DNA of 64,000 bases from Octopus vulgaris (GCA_951406725.2 OX597815.1:67394001-67458000), one strand, 5' to 3'; positions 1 to 12,600 are shown, numbered from the stretch's first letter. A program made the numbers and translations. The notes: generated from the letters alone by a model not told the origin.

Positions 1-75
1 TGATTCGAAAACTACAGATCCGAGCCATCACTGGAACAGTTAAAATAAAGCTTTCAAGAAGTTTATCATTTAGGT
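1..75 (+). mobile_element. Possible extreme 3' end of an RLE-type non-LTR retrotransposon ORF (degenerate)
   Basis: Translates IRKLQIRAITGTVKI, resembling the LQKxAxxGTxxI C-terminus of the other RLE fragments in this window; short and cut by the window edge. Confidence 0.3.
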
Positions 76-162
76 TTATATGAACATATCTACGTATGCA
101 ACTATATGCATAAAAATACATACATAAAACAAAACATCCAAATATGCACACATACATACATA

Positions 163-262
163 CAAAGAGAGAAAGAGAGAGAGAGAGAGAGTGAGAGAGG
201 AGAGAGAGAGAGAGTGAGAGAGGAGAGAGAGAGAGTGAGAGAGGAGAGAGAGAGTGTGAGAA
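163..262. repeat. (GA)n-rich microsatellite with GAGAGT/GAGGA variants
   Basis: Directly visible. Confidence 0.95.
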
Positions 263-304
263 AGGCAAGCACATTAACATACAAGCGTTCTTAGTCGGCC
301 AGAA

Positions 305-415
305 TGATGTTGAAATTCCAATGAAGGAGCTTTGGATCCAGGTTAGAAACCGGCTCTTTCTCTATTCAAGGATTATTGAAATAAAACTGAATAATGACAT
401 ACATACATACATACA

Positions 416-447
<32 letters not shown>

Positions 448-450
448 CAT
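305..450 (+). mobile_element. Short dispersed repeat (family D) ending in AATAAA and a (CATA)n tail; HHR-like remnant
   Basis: ccaatgaaggagc..ggttagaaaccggctctttctct..ttgaaataaaactga recurs at about 23608-23710 (+) and 57017-57097 (-), each next to (CATA)n. Confidence 0.75.
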
Positions 451-453
451 ATG

Positions 454-1726
454 TATGATGGATCCCATAAAAAATGCGATTTTTATGTTTCTTTTATGTT
501 TTCAAAATTAAAATAAACAAAGTTCTTGTTTAATCTAAAATATACTCTCCTTCATTTTCTACAACACCCTTCCATCTATCTGGTAAACTTGCAAGGCCCC
601 TCTTCTAAAATTCACTTGTCTGTGACGAAAAATACTCCTCCAGTACTGTTCTGACCTCGTCTACAGAATTCCTATTTTTTCCGTCCAAATGATTTTAAAG
701 ACTGCAGAATAAATGATAATTAAATGGGGCAATGTCCGGCGAATATGGTGGGTGGGGCATCGTTTTCCATCCAAACTGCTCCAGTCTTTGGAATATCATC
801 CTCGCTGTATGTGGTCGAGCATTATCCTGATGGAAGAACATTTTACGTCTTGAAACCAAAGATGGTAATTTTCCTTCTAGCGCTGACTGAAGCCGCTTAC
901 ACTGCTCACAGTGGATCTCCTTTGTTATCGTTTGGTTTGGGTTTAAAAGTTCAAAGTGGACTAAACCTTTCATATCCCACCAAACAGATAACAATACCTT
1001 ACGTGGGTGAAAACCTTCTTTAGTCTGGAGTGCCGGTGTTTCTCCTTTCCCTACCCACTGGCATCGGCGCACGACATTTTTATAGCGAACCTATTTCTCG
1101 TTACCAGTCACTATTCGCTCCAAAAAAAGAAAAAAAAAAAAGGTTCATTCGTTAGATGTGACAGCAAAGAAGATCACACATTTACTCTCTGCGTGCAATT
1201 AGACTCGGAAATTTTGTGAGGAACCCATTGACCCAATTTGCTGACTTTCCGATGACACGCTGGTGTCGATGAATAGTTGAATGTCCAAATCCAAGCTTCT
1301 CTGCTAGTTTCTCAACAGTTACGATGAGATTTTCTTCCACCAGGATTTGCAGGACGTCCTCGTCGAGCTCTACAGATCTTCCAGAACGAAGCTCGTCTTC
1401 TAGGCTGTAGCTTCCAGCTCGGAATTTCTGGAACCACCGTTGACACTGACTTATTGTCCGATCTCCATATATTGCATTAATATTCCTCGCACTTGTTGCC
1501 TTTATTGAACTCATAAAGCAAAATATGCCAAATATGCTCCTTTATTACTTACATTATAGCTTTAAAAAATAACTGCTAAAATCGAAGTGCACTCTTCAAA
1601 ACTTACAAGGTAAAATTACTTGCTGCTTTTATAGCACGTTGATGCTGGTAGTTTATCCCGTATCCTTCCGACTTTTAGTTCATGCAATTGAAAAAAAAAA
1701 CGCATTATTTATGGGATGACACAATA
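454..1726 (-). mobile_element. Full-length decayed mariner (Tc1/mariner) DNA transposon, about 1.27 kb
   Basis: Imperfect ~30-bp TIRs (tatgatggatcccataaaaaatgcgattttt / aaaaacgcattatttatgggatgacacaata) with TA at both ends, enclosing transposase fragments. Confidence 0.93.
560..1556 (-). pseudogene. Mariner transposase pseudogene (frameshifted)
   Basis: HTH region (QRWFQKFRAGSYSLEDELRSGRS), KVLLSVWWD, HQDNARPH and HPPYSPDIAPFNYHLF are mariner motifs, split across ORFs 1182-1514 and 695-1072. Confidence 0.92.
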
Positions 1727-1744
1727 CTTATATCGGAAAAACCT

Positions 1745-1890
1745 ATGGCTGTATGGTTAAGAGGATTACTCTGCACTTATGAGGTTGCGGTATAAGTCCA
1801 GCTACGACCATCCTGGGTAATTGTTTTCTATTATAGCTTTATGCCGATCAATACCCTGTGAATGAATTCGGTAGACTGTCTAGAAGTCTG
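1745..1890 (+). mobile_element. tRNA-derived SINE family 1, degenerate 5' half
   Basis: Similar to the 5' part of the intact copy at 51311-51720 (tggctgtatggttaag..ttctattatagc..ccgatcaataccctgtgaatgaattcggtagac). Confidence 0.6.
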
Positions 1891-1975
1891 TTATATATAC
1901 AATATATATATATATATTTATATACATATATACACACACACACATATATATATATATATACAAATACACACTCAC

Positions 1976-2034
<59 letters not shown>

Positions 2035-2044
2035 GCATACTGCC

Positions 2045-2325
2045 ACTCCGTGGGTTACGATGATGAGGGTTCTAGTTGATACGATCAATGAAACAGCCTG
2101 CTCGTGAAATTAACTCCACAGAAACGTGTAGCGTTAACGTAGTTCCCACGGAGATTGAGCGTGACACAGAATGTTACAAAGCTGGCCTTTTGAATAACAG
2201 GTATAACTAATTTTTGCTAGCTGAGTGGACTGGAGAAACGTGAAATAAAGTGTCTTGCTCAGGGACAGAACACACCGCCGGGAATCGAACTCTCGACCTT
2301 CGACCGTGAGCAGATTACTCTAGCA
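2045..2325 (-). mobile_element. tRNA-derived SINE family 2 (V-domain-like core)
   Basis: Minus strand has B-box gttcgattcc followed by gtccctgagcaagacactttatttcacg..ccagtccactcagct, shared with copies at 8325, 33125, 42220 and 42830. Confidence 0.8.
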
Positions 2326-2399
2326 CAAACACATATATATATATATATACGTACATACACATACACACTCTCTCTCTCCCCCCTCTCTCTCTCTCTCTC

Positions 2400-2440
<41 letters not shown>

Positions 2441-2749
2441 TATACATAGGATAAGCAACCACATAGTTTATGTCTACCAACATTACTCGCAAGGCCTCGA
2501 TCGGTTATGGCTATAGTAGAAGTTACTTGTCCACCATAAACGAGGCGGAACATATAAGGATAATGTAGTCCTAAATATAGTATTAAAGTAAGGAGGAGTG
2601 GTCATGACTGGAATGTTGTCTATCACAAGTTTGCCTGATGTGGGTCGGCTTAGGACTTAAACAATAGCAATAATAACAGCAACATTTCACGTCGTTATCA
2701 CTAACATACATGAGCACGAATAACTCTAGTACAAAGAGTCAATATTACA

Positions 2750-2945
2750 CCACTACCACCACCATCACCAGCGCCACCGCCTCAGCAATTGATTATACCA
2801 TCATTAGTACCATCACCACCACCACCACCAGTAATTGATTATACCATCATTAGTACCACCACCACCACCACCACCACCACCTACACCACCTTCATCACCG
2901 ATGTTTCCCCACCATAATGTACCTGAACCAGCAGCAACAGCAACA

Positions 2946-2989
<44 letters not shown>

Positions 2990-3020
2990 AACACCCCTAC
3001 CCTTATCCCCGCCACCATAA
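2750..3020. repeat. (CAC)n/(CAG)n/(CAA)n compound trinucleotide repeat
   Basis: Directly visible; explains the poly-Pro/Ala/Thr ORF. Confidence 0.9.
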
Positions 3021-3574
3021 GCAGCTTACATCAGAGACTTCACACGCAAATCAAACATTATTATTTATTTCAAGGACGTTCTGAAACAAAACGCAGCAAT
3101 TACATTTCTTCTTTGTTTCTCTTCAACGTGAAAATCTATAATTAAACCATTACAAATAAATAAATAATCAAAGACTTTTTTCTTTGAGTAATGCTTGTTG
3201 TTGCCGTTGGTGGTGTATAAGGATGTCTATGTGTATTTAGTTTCGTTTCTAGATTAAAGTTTTATGCTCTTCTACATTTCAAAGTTTGCTTTTCACACCT
3301 TCGTAAATTTACAAACTATTTTATATCTACGAAAAAGTGACTCACCTCCCACTGACGTTTAAGACATTTCACTATCATTTGTATTTCGTAATTTCATTGT
3401 TTTTATTTCACTTACATAAACGAAATTCAAATGCTTCACCTGTTTTTAAAAGAATTTATAAGGGATTCAATGTCGTGAGTTGATGAAGAATGTAAATAAT
3501 AAAATATGCTAGCAAGGAGTGATGGTTATATGTAAAGCCGTCCCCTGACTTTTAACTACGAGAAAGGACATTGA

Positions 3575-3775
3575 GTTATTGAATGATTGATTGACTGACT
3601 GGCTGATTGATTGAATGATTGAATTGACTGATTGACTAACTGACTGTTTGATTAACAGACTAATTGATTGAATGAGTAATTGTTTGATTGGTTGACTGAC
3701 TGACTGTTTGATTCAGTGATTGATTGACTGGCTGATTGATTGATTGACTGATTGATCAGTTTGGTTCATTTATTC
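3575..3775. repeat. Degenerate (ATTG/ACTG)n tetranucleotide repeat
   Basis: Directly visible. Confidence 0.9.
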
Positions 3776-4186
3776 ATTTCTGGTAATGTGCTATTTTTTT
3801 ATAAGACACCTAACAGCTCCTTTCTTGTCCTCTCGGTGCTTCCTCAAAACTTTCGACATTTCCTAAACGAATTAGCATGGTGTGTGCGTTATGTGTATAT
3901 TTGTGGCATGTATGTGTAAGTACGTGCGTATGGGTATATGTGAATGTGTATGTATGTATGTATGTATGTATGTATGCATGTATGTATGTATGTATGTATG
4001 TATGTATGTATGTATGTATGTATGTATGTGTATGCGTGTGTATGTGCGCGTGTGTATGTGCGCTTGTGCATGTGCATGCTTATGTGTCTATCTGTTTGTG
4101 CGTGTGTGATATATTCATGAGAGGTGAGGTACTTCCTTTTCCGATAAAATACACGGCCGAATTGTGTGGCATATCTTCTCCACAAT

Positions 4187-4619
<433 letters not shown>

Positions 4620-5113
4620 TCAGTAGTTTTACTTTCACAATGTGCTTTCACTTCACTACCGAGCGCAGCTCTGTGTGCCTTGGGTATGTGCTGTGATTTG
4701 TTGTGATGCTCTGAGGGTTACTGTATTGAAAGTGTTCTGCGTAGGATGTGTGCAGTGCCTAATAGTGCAATTTTCTATATGTTATATGTGTTTGTAAGTC
4801 CTGGTGTTTTTGTTATGTATTTATCTGAATATTTTTTTTATCATGCCTAATGCACCTACTATTGTTTCTGTTTTCAGATTCCACATTCTAGTTACCTCTA
4901 TTTCCAGGTCTTTGTATTTTGAAATTTTCTCCATTTCTTTTAGAGACGCGTTGTCATCTGCTGGTATTGATACATCAATTAGAAAGCATTTTTTCTTCAT
5001 AATCTCTGACAACTATATCCGGTTTGTTGGCCTTAATTTCTCTATCTGTGTGTATTGGCATATCCTAGAGTATGGTTGCGTTCTCGTTTTCTGTGACCTT
5101 TTCTGGCGTGTGC
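4620..5113 (-). mobile_element. R4/Dong-type RLE non-LTR retrotransposon, 5'-truncated 3' fragment
   Basis: NKPDIVV..CFLIDVSIPADDNASLKEMEKISKYKDLEIEVTRMW..IVGALG..IALLGTAHILRRTLS* (PD-(D/E)xK RLE domain); (TAA)n on both sides. Confidence 0.9.
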
Positions 5114-5114
5114 C

Positions 5115-5187
<73 letters not shown>

Positions 5188-5196
5188 CATTATTTA

Positions 5197-5385
5197 GGAC
5201 GGCGACTTGGCAGAAATGTGCGGCGGTATTTCGACCGTCTTCACCTTCTGAGTTCAAATTCCGCCGAGGTCGACTTTGCCTCTTATCCTTTCGGGGTTGA
5301 TAAATTAAGTACCAGTTGATTATTGGGAACGATGTAATCGATAATCCCCTCTCCCCCAAATTTTAGCCCTTATGCCTATGACTTG
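5197..5385 (+). mobile_element. tRNA-derived SINE family 3 (Meta-domain-like core)
   Basis: ctgagttcaaattccgccgaggtcgactttgcc..atcctttcggggttgataaattaagtaccag core, repeated more than 10 times in the window. Confidence 0.85.
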
Positions 5386-5461
5386 ATTTGATCTAGTTCC
5401 AGCTCATGAGCTGTGGCCATGCTGGGGCACCGCCATTATTTTTATGCCTATTGTAGAAAGG

Positions 5462-5545
<84 letters not shown>

Positions 5546-7270
5546 TGCGTGTGCGCGTGTGCGTCTGTGTGTATGTGTGTGCGTGCGCGCGTATGTATAC
5601 GTTGGACTCCATCGTCGTAGATAAAAGAGGAGGGTTCTGCAATTTTCTTTTTTGCCCCCTCTTCCTCTCTCTACCTCTTTCTCAGAGTTCAATTATATAA
5701 TTACTGATCATATATTGAGGGTCATTACGATCATTTCGACATCTCTGCCGTCCACCAATAATACACAGCAAGTCGACTTACTGTTTGATCGGAGAATGAA
5801 TATTTGAATTCCTTGATCCATGCCTCATAACTAGAGATATGACCTTAGAAAATAATTTAACTTTTCATTATACAGTAGCCTATGACACAGAGTAAGTTGG
5901 GAAAATTAGTATAATTTATTCAATTTTTTTTTTAATTATCTCAGTCTCTTGTTTTTTGATCAGAGGAGGGCAGATGTGATGAGTGGAACACCGTACATTT
6001 GAACAGACAATGCCGATATTTGATCACTATAAACAAATTATCTGTGTTATTCAGCAAGAAACTGCGAAACCATCATCTGTGGTTTGCGATGGGAGAGTCC
6101 ACTCTACTGCATCATCACCTACATACTTGCAGACTTGTGCCAATATGAAAAATCTTTATTATCACTTACAATATATTGGTCTCTTTTGAATTGACAGTGA
6201 AAGAATTGTTTAAATGGAAGCAGTATAATCAGTTGAATTGACCCAATACATTACAGAAGAAGGTTACAGATCATATATCGGAAAATATTTAAGCGAGCGA
6301 CATTCCGTTTCTTAGAACTCTTCCACCCAACTGTCATATCAACAGACTATCGGCTCTAACATAATATTACATTAATCTATAATCAATCAATTGTAATACA
6401 TTCTGCTCCCCATCCCTACTTACAATAATGGATTAATGCTTAATAAAAACATTTGACCAATACAAATTGTATTTTTTATATGTACTTCAAACAGATTATT
6501 TATTGAACAAATAGTTTCATTGACTTTTTAGATATTTTCGTTGCTTCCTAGATCTGCTTACTCGAGTTTCTATAGAATACAAGATGAAAGACAGTTAATC
6601 TAAGAGTTCAGTACATTGAAGCATATTTCTTTGTTGGGAAAATCGTTGCAGAATGCTGGCTCGCTGGTTGTTCATTTCTATTGCAAGGGAGAGAATCATC
6701 TTGTAAGAAGTTAATATCATTTATTTTTTTAAAAATAGTTTGTCAAGCAAATCTGAGTTTAGCGAAGGAAATTTTGAGTTTATGATATAATGTTTATGTA
6801 TTTAATTAAATGTTTTTCTTCGATTCAGCTATAAAATCTTCAATGTTCATGTCGTTAAGCGTAAATAGCTGCCATTTCAATATGGTTGAATCTCATCAGT
6901 ATCATGTAGCTAAGACTATTAGTTAGTTACTATAAGAGAGCGAGAAAGACGAAAATATAATGACAAGGAGAAAAGTAAGAAAAGATATATGAAGGTATTT
7001 CACTGGGAGGAGATTTTTTTGTTCGTTGTTTAAATTTTCATTCCGAGTTTGATGGATAAAAAGCTGATATATCGCAATTATCATGAACACAGTTACATTA
7101 GGTGAGAGTTGAACATGTACTCTGAAGAAATTCAACTTATGAATCAAATATTCTGATTACTCACTGTGCTCAAGCAACTTCTCTAACTTTAGTCACGTAT
7201 TTTTTGCCTCTACTGCATGTATTTGGGAGAAATACTAAAAAATGCTAATCAAAAGCATGAGACGTTGTTC

Positions 7271-7620
7271 TATCCATCCATCCATCCATTCATCCATTCA
7301 TCCATCTTTGCTCACTATTCATGGGATGGTCGTTGGGGTACAGTTCTCAGGCAGCTCCTCCATAGCATCTAATCGAGACTATGGATATTATCCAATCATC
7401 TCGCTGTTGGTCTACACCTAGGTCTTCTGCCGATTGGCTTGGTTTGAAGAATCCGCCTTGCGATTCTTTCCGGTGATGTTCTAATCCCATGTATGTAGTA
7501 CCGGAGCTGTGTCCTCGCAATGTGGAAAGTAGCATCTCGAAATGGATAGACTCCCTGATCTCCGAGTTACACACCCTGCTGAGAAACGTTACTCTTGCGA
7601 TATCTGTCTCTGATTCATGA
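7271..7620 (-). mobile_element. RTE-clade (Rex3/Expander-like) LINE 3' fragment with (GGAT)n tail
   Basis: Minus-strand frames give RVCNSEIRESI..HIARTQLRYY..PERIARRILQTKPIGRRPRCRP; (CATC)n on the plus strand at the 3' end; homologous copy at 52600-53170. Confidence 0.8.
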
Positions 7621-7919
7621 ATTCTGAGTTCAAATCACACACACACACACACACACACACACAACTTGATTCAAATATGAAACAAGCCTGAATCCTAGAA
7701 ATTTTGTGCAAATAGGTGTAACAGATATAATGCAAGAAAGAAACTCTGCTTTCACTAATTGAATTAGCTGATTTGAAACAGAATATACTGTATTAGCGAA
7801 AGCGGTTTTTTTGCTTAAAGATTGAAACCTTAAATCATAACTGTGTGTGTATGTGTATATATGTATGTGTATGCGTGTGTGTGTATGTGTGTGTGTATAC
7901 CTATGTGTATATGTCTTTG

Positions 7920-8300
7920 TGTGTTTGTACCCTCCCCTCGCTTGACTGCCAGTGTTGGCTTATTTACGTTCGTGTAATTTACTTCAGCAAAAAGAGACCG
8001 ACAAAATAAGTAACACGCTTTACAAAAATAAGTATCAGAGTCGACTTATTCAGTTAAAACTTTTCAAGTCGGTGCTCCAGCATGACCGCAGTCCATTGAT
8101 TGAAACCGATTTCTTAAAGTATGTTACCTGAACGACGATACACAGTTTTCCGTGCAGTTCCCGTCTACCAAATCTCACTCACGAGACTTCTGTTGGCCGC
8201 TAGTTATGGTTAAGATACTTTCCCAAGATGTAGCGCTGTAGGATAGAACTCAGAACTATACGATTATGAAGGGAACTTCTTAAACACCCGGCCATATCTA
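7920..8300. mobile_element. SINE family 1 fragments: 3' half (+) followed by 5' half (-)
   Basis: cggtgctccagcatgaccgcagtc tail and ccgtctaccaaatctcactcac match the 51311-51720 copy. Confidence 0.75.
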
Positions 8301-8324
8301 CAGAATAGTCCACATTACTCCATA

Positions 8325-8541
8325 AGGAACACGGGGCTGGTTTCTTGGTTTCTCTGGCGTATATATATTCCTCCCATGACGTCCGTCGCAGAATTACTCA
8401 TCTTTACCAGCTGAGTGGACTGGAGCAACGTGAAATGAAGTGTTTTGATCAAGAAGAAAATGCACTGCCCTGTCAAGGAATCAAAACCACAATCTTACGA
8501 TTATGAGCCCAACACCCTAATCACAAAGCCACGCGGCTCCA
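8325..8541 (-). mobile_element. SINE family 2 copy (a further head fragment lies at 8745-8837)
   Basis: tRNA-like head (gtggctttgtgattagggtgttgggctc..ttgattcc) plus cacttcatttcacgttgctccagtccactcagctgg. Confidence 0.8.
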
Positions 8542-9039
8542 CTGAATATATATTAGGGGTGTGTATGAGCATAAAATAATTCGAACGAAAGCTGGAACTA
8601 GATTGCTGTCTCAGCTCATCATCTTTTAAAATGTGAAATATGACGTTCATTAACTATTTACACAAAAGGGAAAGATATAGTTTATATCAGGGATTCAAAA
8701 CGCGTCATAAACTCTGCTTCTCTGAAACTTAACTCTTTGATTATGGATCAAGAACAAAACGCATTGCCCCTCCAGAAAACGAAATCACGTTCTTACGACC
8801 ATAAATCCAACACCCTAACCACTATGCCATGCGTCTCTATGTCTACTGGGACTACATTATTCCATGTGCCCTTCTTTTTGTTTTTTTTAAAAAGTGGGTA
8901 TGATTTTAGCAAGATATACGAGTTTATAATTATGCCTACACAGCTGATTACAAATTATTATATCAATAATTCTATATTTATATACGGCTTAATGTGTGCA
9001 TGAATTGACACACACATTATATATATTCATGTATGTATG

Positions 9040-9099
<60 letters not shown>

Positions 9100-9250
9100 A
9101 ATGCGTGCGAACAATTATATATATATGTATGCGTAGACTAATAGTTTAATACACATATATTGTAATATGTGCTTGAAGTGATACACATATACATATGCAA
9201 ACATACATTTAACGTATACATACATACACACTTACACACACACACACACA

Positions 9251-9301
<51 letters not shown>

Positions 9302-9321
9302 CATTTATATATATATATATT

Positions 9322-9400
<79 letters not shown>

Positions 9401-9900
9401 ACACATATATATTTACTATATTTGTGCATACAACCATACAGAAATGCACTCACATAAAGAAATATTCCTATACGCCTGCGTGCTTCTATTCATCTAATAC
9501 TCCGTATATATAAAAATTGATATTAAATTCTATGTTACATTTGTAATACATAAACTTTTCATAAAATATATATTCGCATCATATCAATCTATTTATTAAT
9601 AACGGTCGATTTAACATATCTTGTTTCTGATGTTAATTTAATATATTTTATATAGAAATTTTAACAACATAGAGTCATATGTTTTTAATGTTCCTCTCTG
9701 TTTCTAAAATTAAGTTGTTTGATTATTTTTTTTTTAGACAAAACTTACTTATTGAAAAACATTTTATTAAAACACATATCTATATATATATTTATGAATA
9801 TGCATTGCACTTTTTTCATCACACAACGTAAGCTTTTTTTAAAGAGAAAAAGCACACACAGGCGAGCACACGCACATATGTAATATCTATCCATCCACCC

Positions 9901-9988
<88 letters not shown>

Positions 9989-10007
9989 GCATACTTGTAT
10001 ATGCATG

Positions 10008-10041
<34 letters not shown>

Positions 10042-10329
10042 TGTATGTATGTATATTCGTGCAAGCAAGAATAGAATTTATTATTACATTTGTTTGGTCA
10101 AGTTTCAAATTATTGAACAATTATCGATGTGAGTAAAAAAACATGATTATACTCACTGCTGTTTGTTTTTGCTATAAAAAATTCACTAATACCAATATTG
10201 GTATTACTTCAGCTGTTTTATTAAATTAAGTTCGATATACGTGTGTGTCAATATTTATATAATAAAAGATCACACACACGAGTATTTTTATAATATATAT
10301 ATGATTATATGTCCCCCACCGTACATATT

Positions 10330-10376
<47 letters not shown>

Positions 10377-10377
<1 letters not shown>

Positions 10378-10667
10378 TCAAAACAGTTTGATTCAGATTC
10401 CTTGGTACTCTGAGTTTCAAGTGTGTGGCTAGTCTTTGGCCATTTGGGTATGAATAAGAGTTCGATTGAAGAGAGTCAATCTTTACTAATGGACGTTAGC
10501 ATGCGATTGGTCGAGAAAGGTTACGCGGTATAGCGGTTTGATATTCGTATTTCAGCAACAGCAATTAGTTGGAAAATACCGCAGGGTGAACAGAAAATCG
10601 ACTGCGTGGTGGACAAAACATCGGTCGTGTGGTTGGGGGAAGAAGGAATGGGTGGGTAGATATGGGG

Positions 10668-10698
<31 letters not shown>

Positions 10699-11575
10699 TG
10701 TATGTATGTATGTATGTATGTATGTATGTACATGTATATGTCCATATTTCTGCGTGCATGCATCCGTACTCATACGAGTGCGTAAATGTGGTAAGATGTA
10801 CATTCAAACATCTGTATGCACGCGCACTCACACACGCACACACACACACACGCATGCACACATATACACACACACGCACACACATGCAAAAAGACACGGA
10901 CACACACACGCGTGCACACCTTTATCTCCATGTACATATTCACACCAGCACAGTACAGGAAATCTCCAATCCCCAACACTTCTCCATGTATGCATAGCCG
11001 TATACTCTCACTCCTTGTGCATGACCAAACATGAATTTGCGCGCGCATGTATGTGACCGTATGTATGCGCACAGATGTGTGTGTGCGGCTGTGCATGTGC
11101 TCGCGTGCATATTCACATGAAAATAAAGGTGTGCACGAGTGTGTGTTTATTTGTGCGCGCGCGTGTATGCGTGGGTACCTATGTGTGTGTGTTTCTGCGT
11201 ATGTGCACGCACGTGGATGTGTGAATGTACATCTAAGCACACACTCGTATAAGTATGGATGCATACACTGATATATGGGCATATACATGTAAATATATAC
11301 ACATATATCCCCACGTCTACCGCACCTTCCTACTTCCCCCAATAAAATGACCGATTTCTCGTCCACTACTGCGGTATTTTTCAATTAATTTTTGTCGCTG
11401 AAATACCAACGTCAAACCAGTATACGCGTGACATTTCTCGACCGATCGTAGGCTAACGTCCAGTAGTAAACATTGATTCTCTTCAATCGAACTCTCATTC
11501 AGACCCCAATGGGCGAAGACTAGCGACACGCTTGAAACTCAGAGTACCAAGGAGTCTGAATCAAACTGTTTTGAT
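10377..11575. mobile_element. 1.2-kb fold-back: two ~500-580-bp inverted arms, each ending in a degenerate HHR (probable inverted Penelope-like pseudo-LTRs)
   Basis: Ends atcaaaacagtttgattcaga / tctgaatcaaactgttttgat are exact reverse complements; similarity continues inward to about 10955 / 11090; flanked by TA runs. Confidence 0.9.
11497..11561 (+). ncRNA. Degenerate type I hammerhead ribozyme (mirror copy at 10391-10455, minus strand)
   Basis: AUUCAGAC..UGG-GCGAAGA-cu-AGCG(aca)CGCU-u-GAA-ACUC(A)GAGU-A-CCA..GUCUGAAU; the left arm core reads CCAAAGA, so the inferred consensus core is CCGAAGA. Confidence 0.65.
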
Positions 11576-11619
11576 ATATACATCAGGGTTGCCACGAAAC
11601 AGAAAAAAACATAGCGAAA

Positions 11620-12478
11620 ATAGAATGCATCAGTGACATCATTGACGTCATCCGATACAACAGCATTAAAATTATCGCTGATGACTCATAGATTCTGAAG
11701 TTCGTTGACAGAGGAGGAGACAAGATTTGCTTTATTTTAGCCAATGGGTGCAAAAATACAATATGCAGCTAAACGAGAATAAATTCGGATTAATTCACTT
11801 CGGTAAAGAGGTTGTACTTAAGCTCTCATAAACTTTTCCCTCGGGCGAAAACCTCGTGGCATCAACAGTTATAGATCTCGGAGTAATTGTCGACAACACC
11901 TTAAAATGGAAGTGACTGAGGTGGCCCACAGGGCTTACTCCTGGATTCTCGGGACTTTCCGGTCTAGATAGGCGCTTATCATTATCCTTCTCTTCTTTAC
12001 CTTCGCCCATCCTCACCTCGAATACTGTTGTTCACTGTGTTCTCCCTACACCAAACAAAATATGAAAATGGAAGCATCCAAGAGATCAATCACAAAAGAA
12101 AAGAAAATAGACGATATAGCAATTCTTGATTACTGGGATCGGCTCGAGAAGCTCAAACTTTATTCCTTCCAATGGTGCCGTCAGCGCCATATCATTTGTA
12201 TAAAGTGGAAAATATTCCATCAGCGTTGCTCAAATGATGTTGGCATTAACTTTGAAGTTAAGTTTGGTTCCTATGTCATACATCCTCTTTAAACTCATGC
12301 TCGCGCCACATCACAATACTCTGACAGAACTATTACATCTCAACTGGCCCTGCTCACTTTAACACCATGCCAAAACACGTAAGAGAAGAAAAAGATCTCA
12401 TAAAATTCAAACGGTTCCTGGATGAATACCTCCAACAAATTCCAGTTAAATCACCTACATCTGGATATATATCTCTGC
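11620..12478 (+). mobile_element. CR1/L2-group LINE ORF2 3' fragment (pseudogene)
   Basis: IIADDS (YADD), NMQLNENKF, DLGVIVD, PHLEYC, DYWDRLEKLKLYS, FNTMPKHVR..FKRFLDEYL. Confidence 0.88.
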
Positions 12479-12485
12479 AATTTTC

Positions 12486-12600
12486 CCTCGTGACATCAAA
12501 CACTGTTACGGATCTCGGAGTAATTGTCGACAACACTTTAAAATGGAAGTGGATGAGGTGGTCCACTCCTGGATTCTCGGGACTTTCCGGTCTAGAGAGG
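12486..12600 (+). repeat. Local direct duplication of the CR1 segment at about 11853-11972
   Basis: gatctcggagtaattgtcgacaacac..aaaatggaagtg..ctcctggattctcgggactttccggtctaga is present twice. Confidence 0.9.

Noticed and set aside
2835-3020. Pro/Ala/Thr-rich ORF resembling a transcription-factor low-complexity exon
   Set aside because: Entirely trinucleotide repeats, with no domain or convincing splice context
5983-6350. Coding-like unique stretch, perhaps an old transposase
   Set aside because: No motif recognisable with confidence; frames are broken
11678-11684. CTGATGA hammerhead core word
   Set aside because: It is the ADD codons of the CR1 RT, with no stem II or GAAA partner
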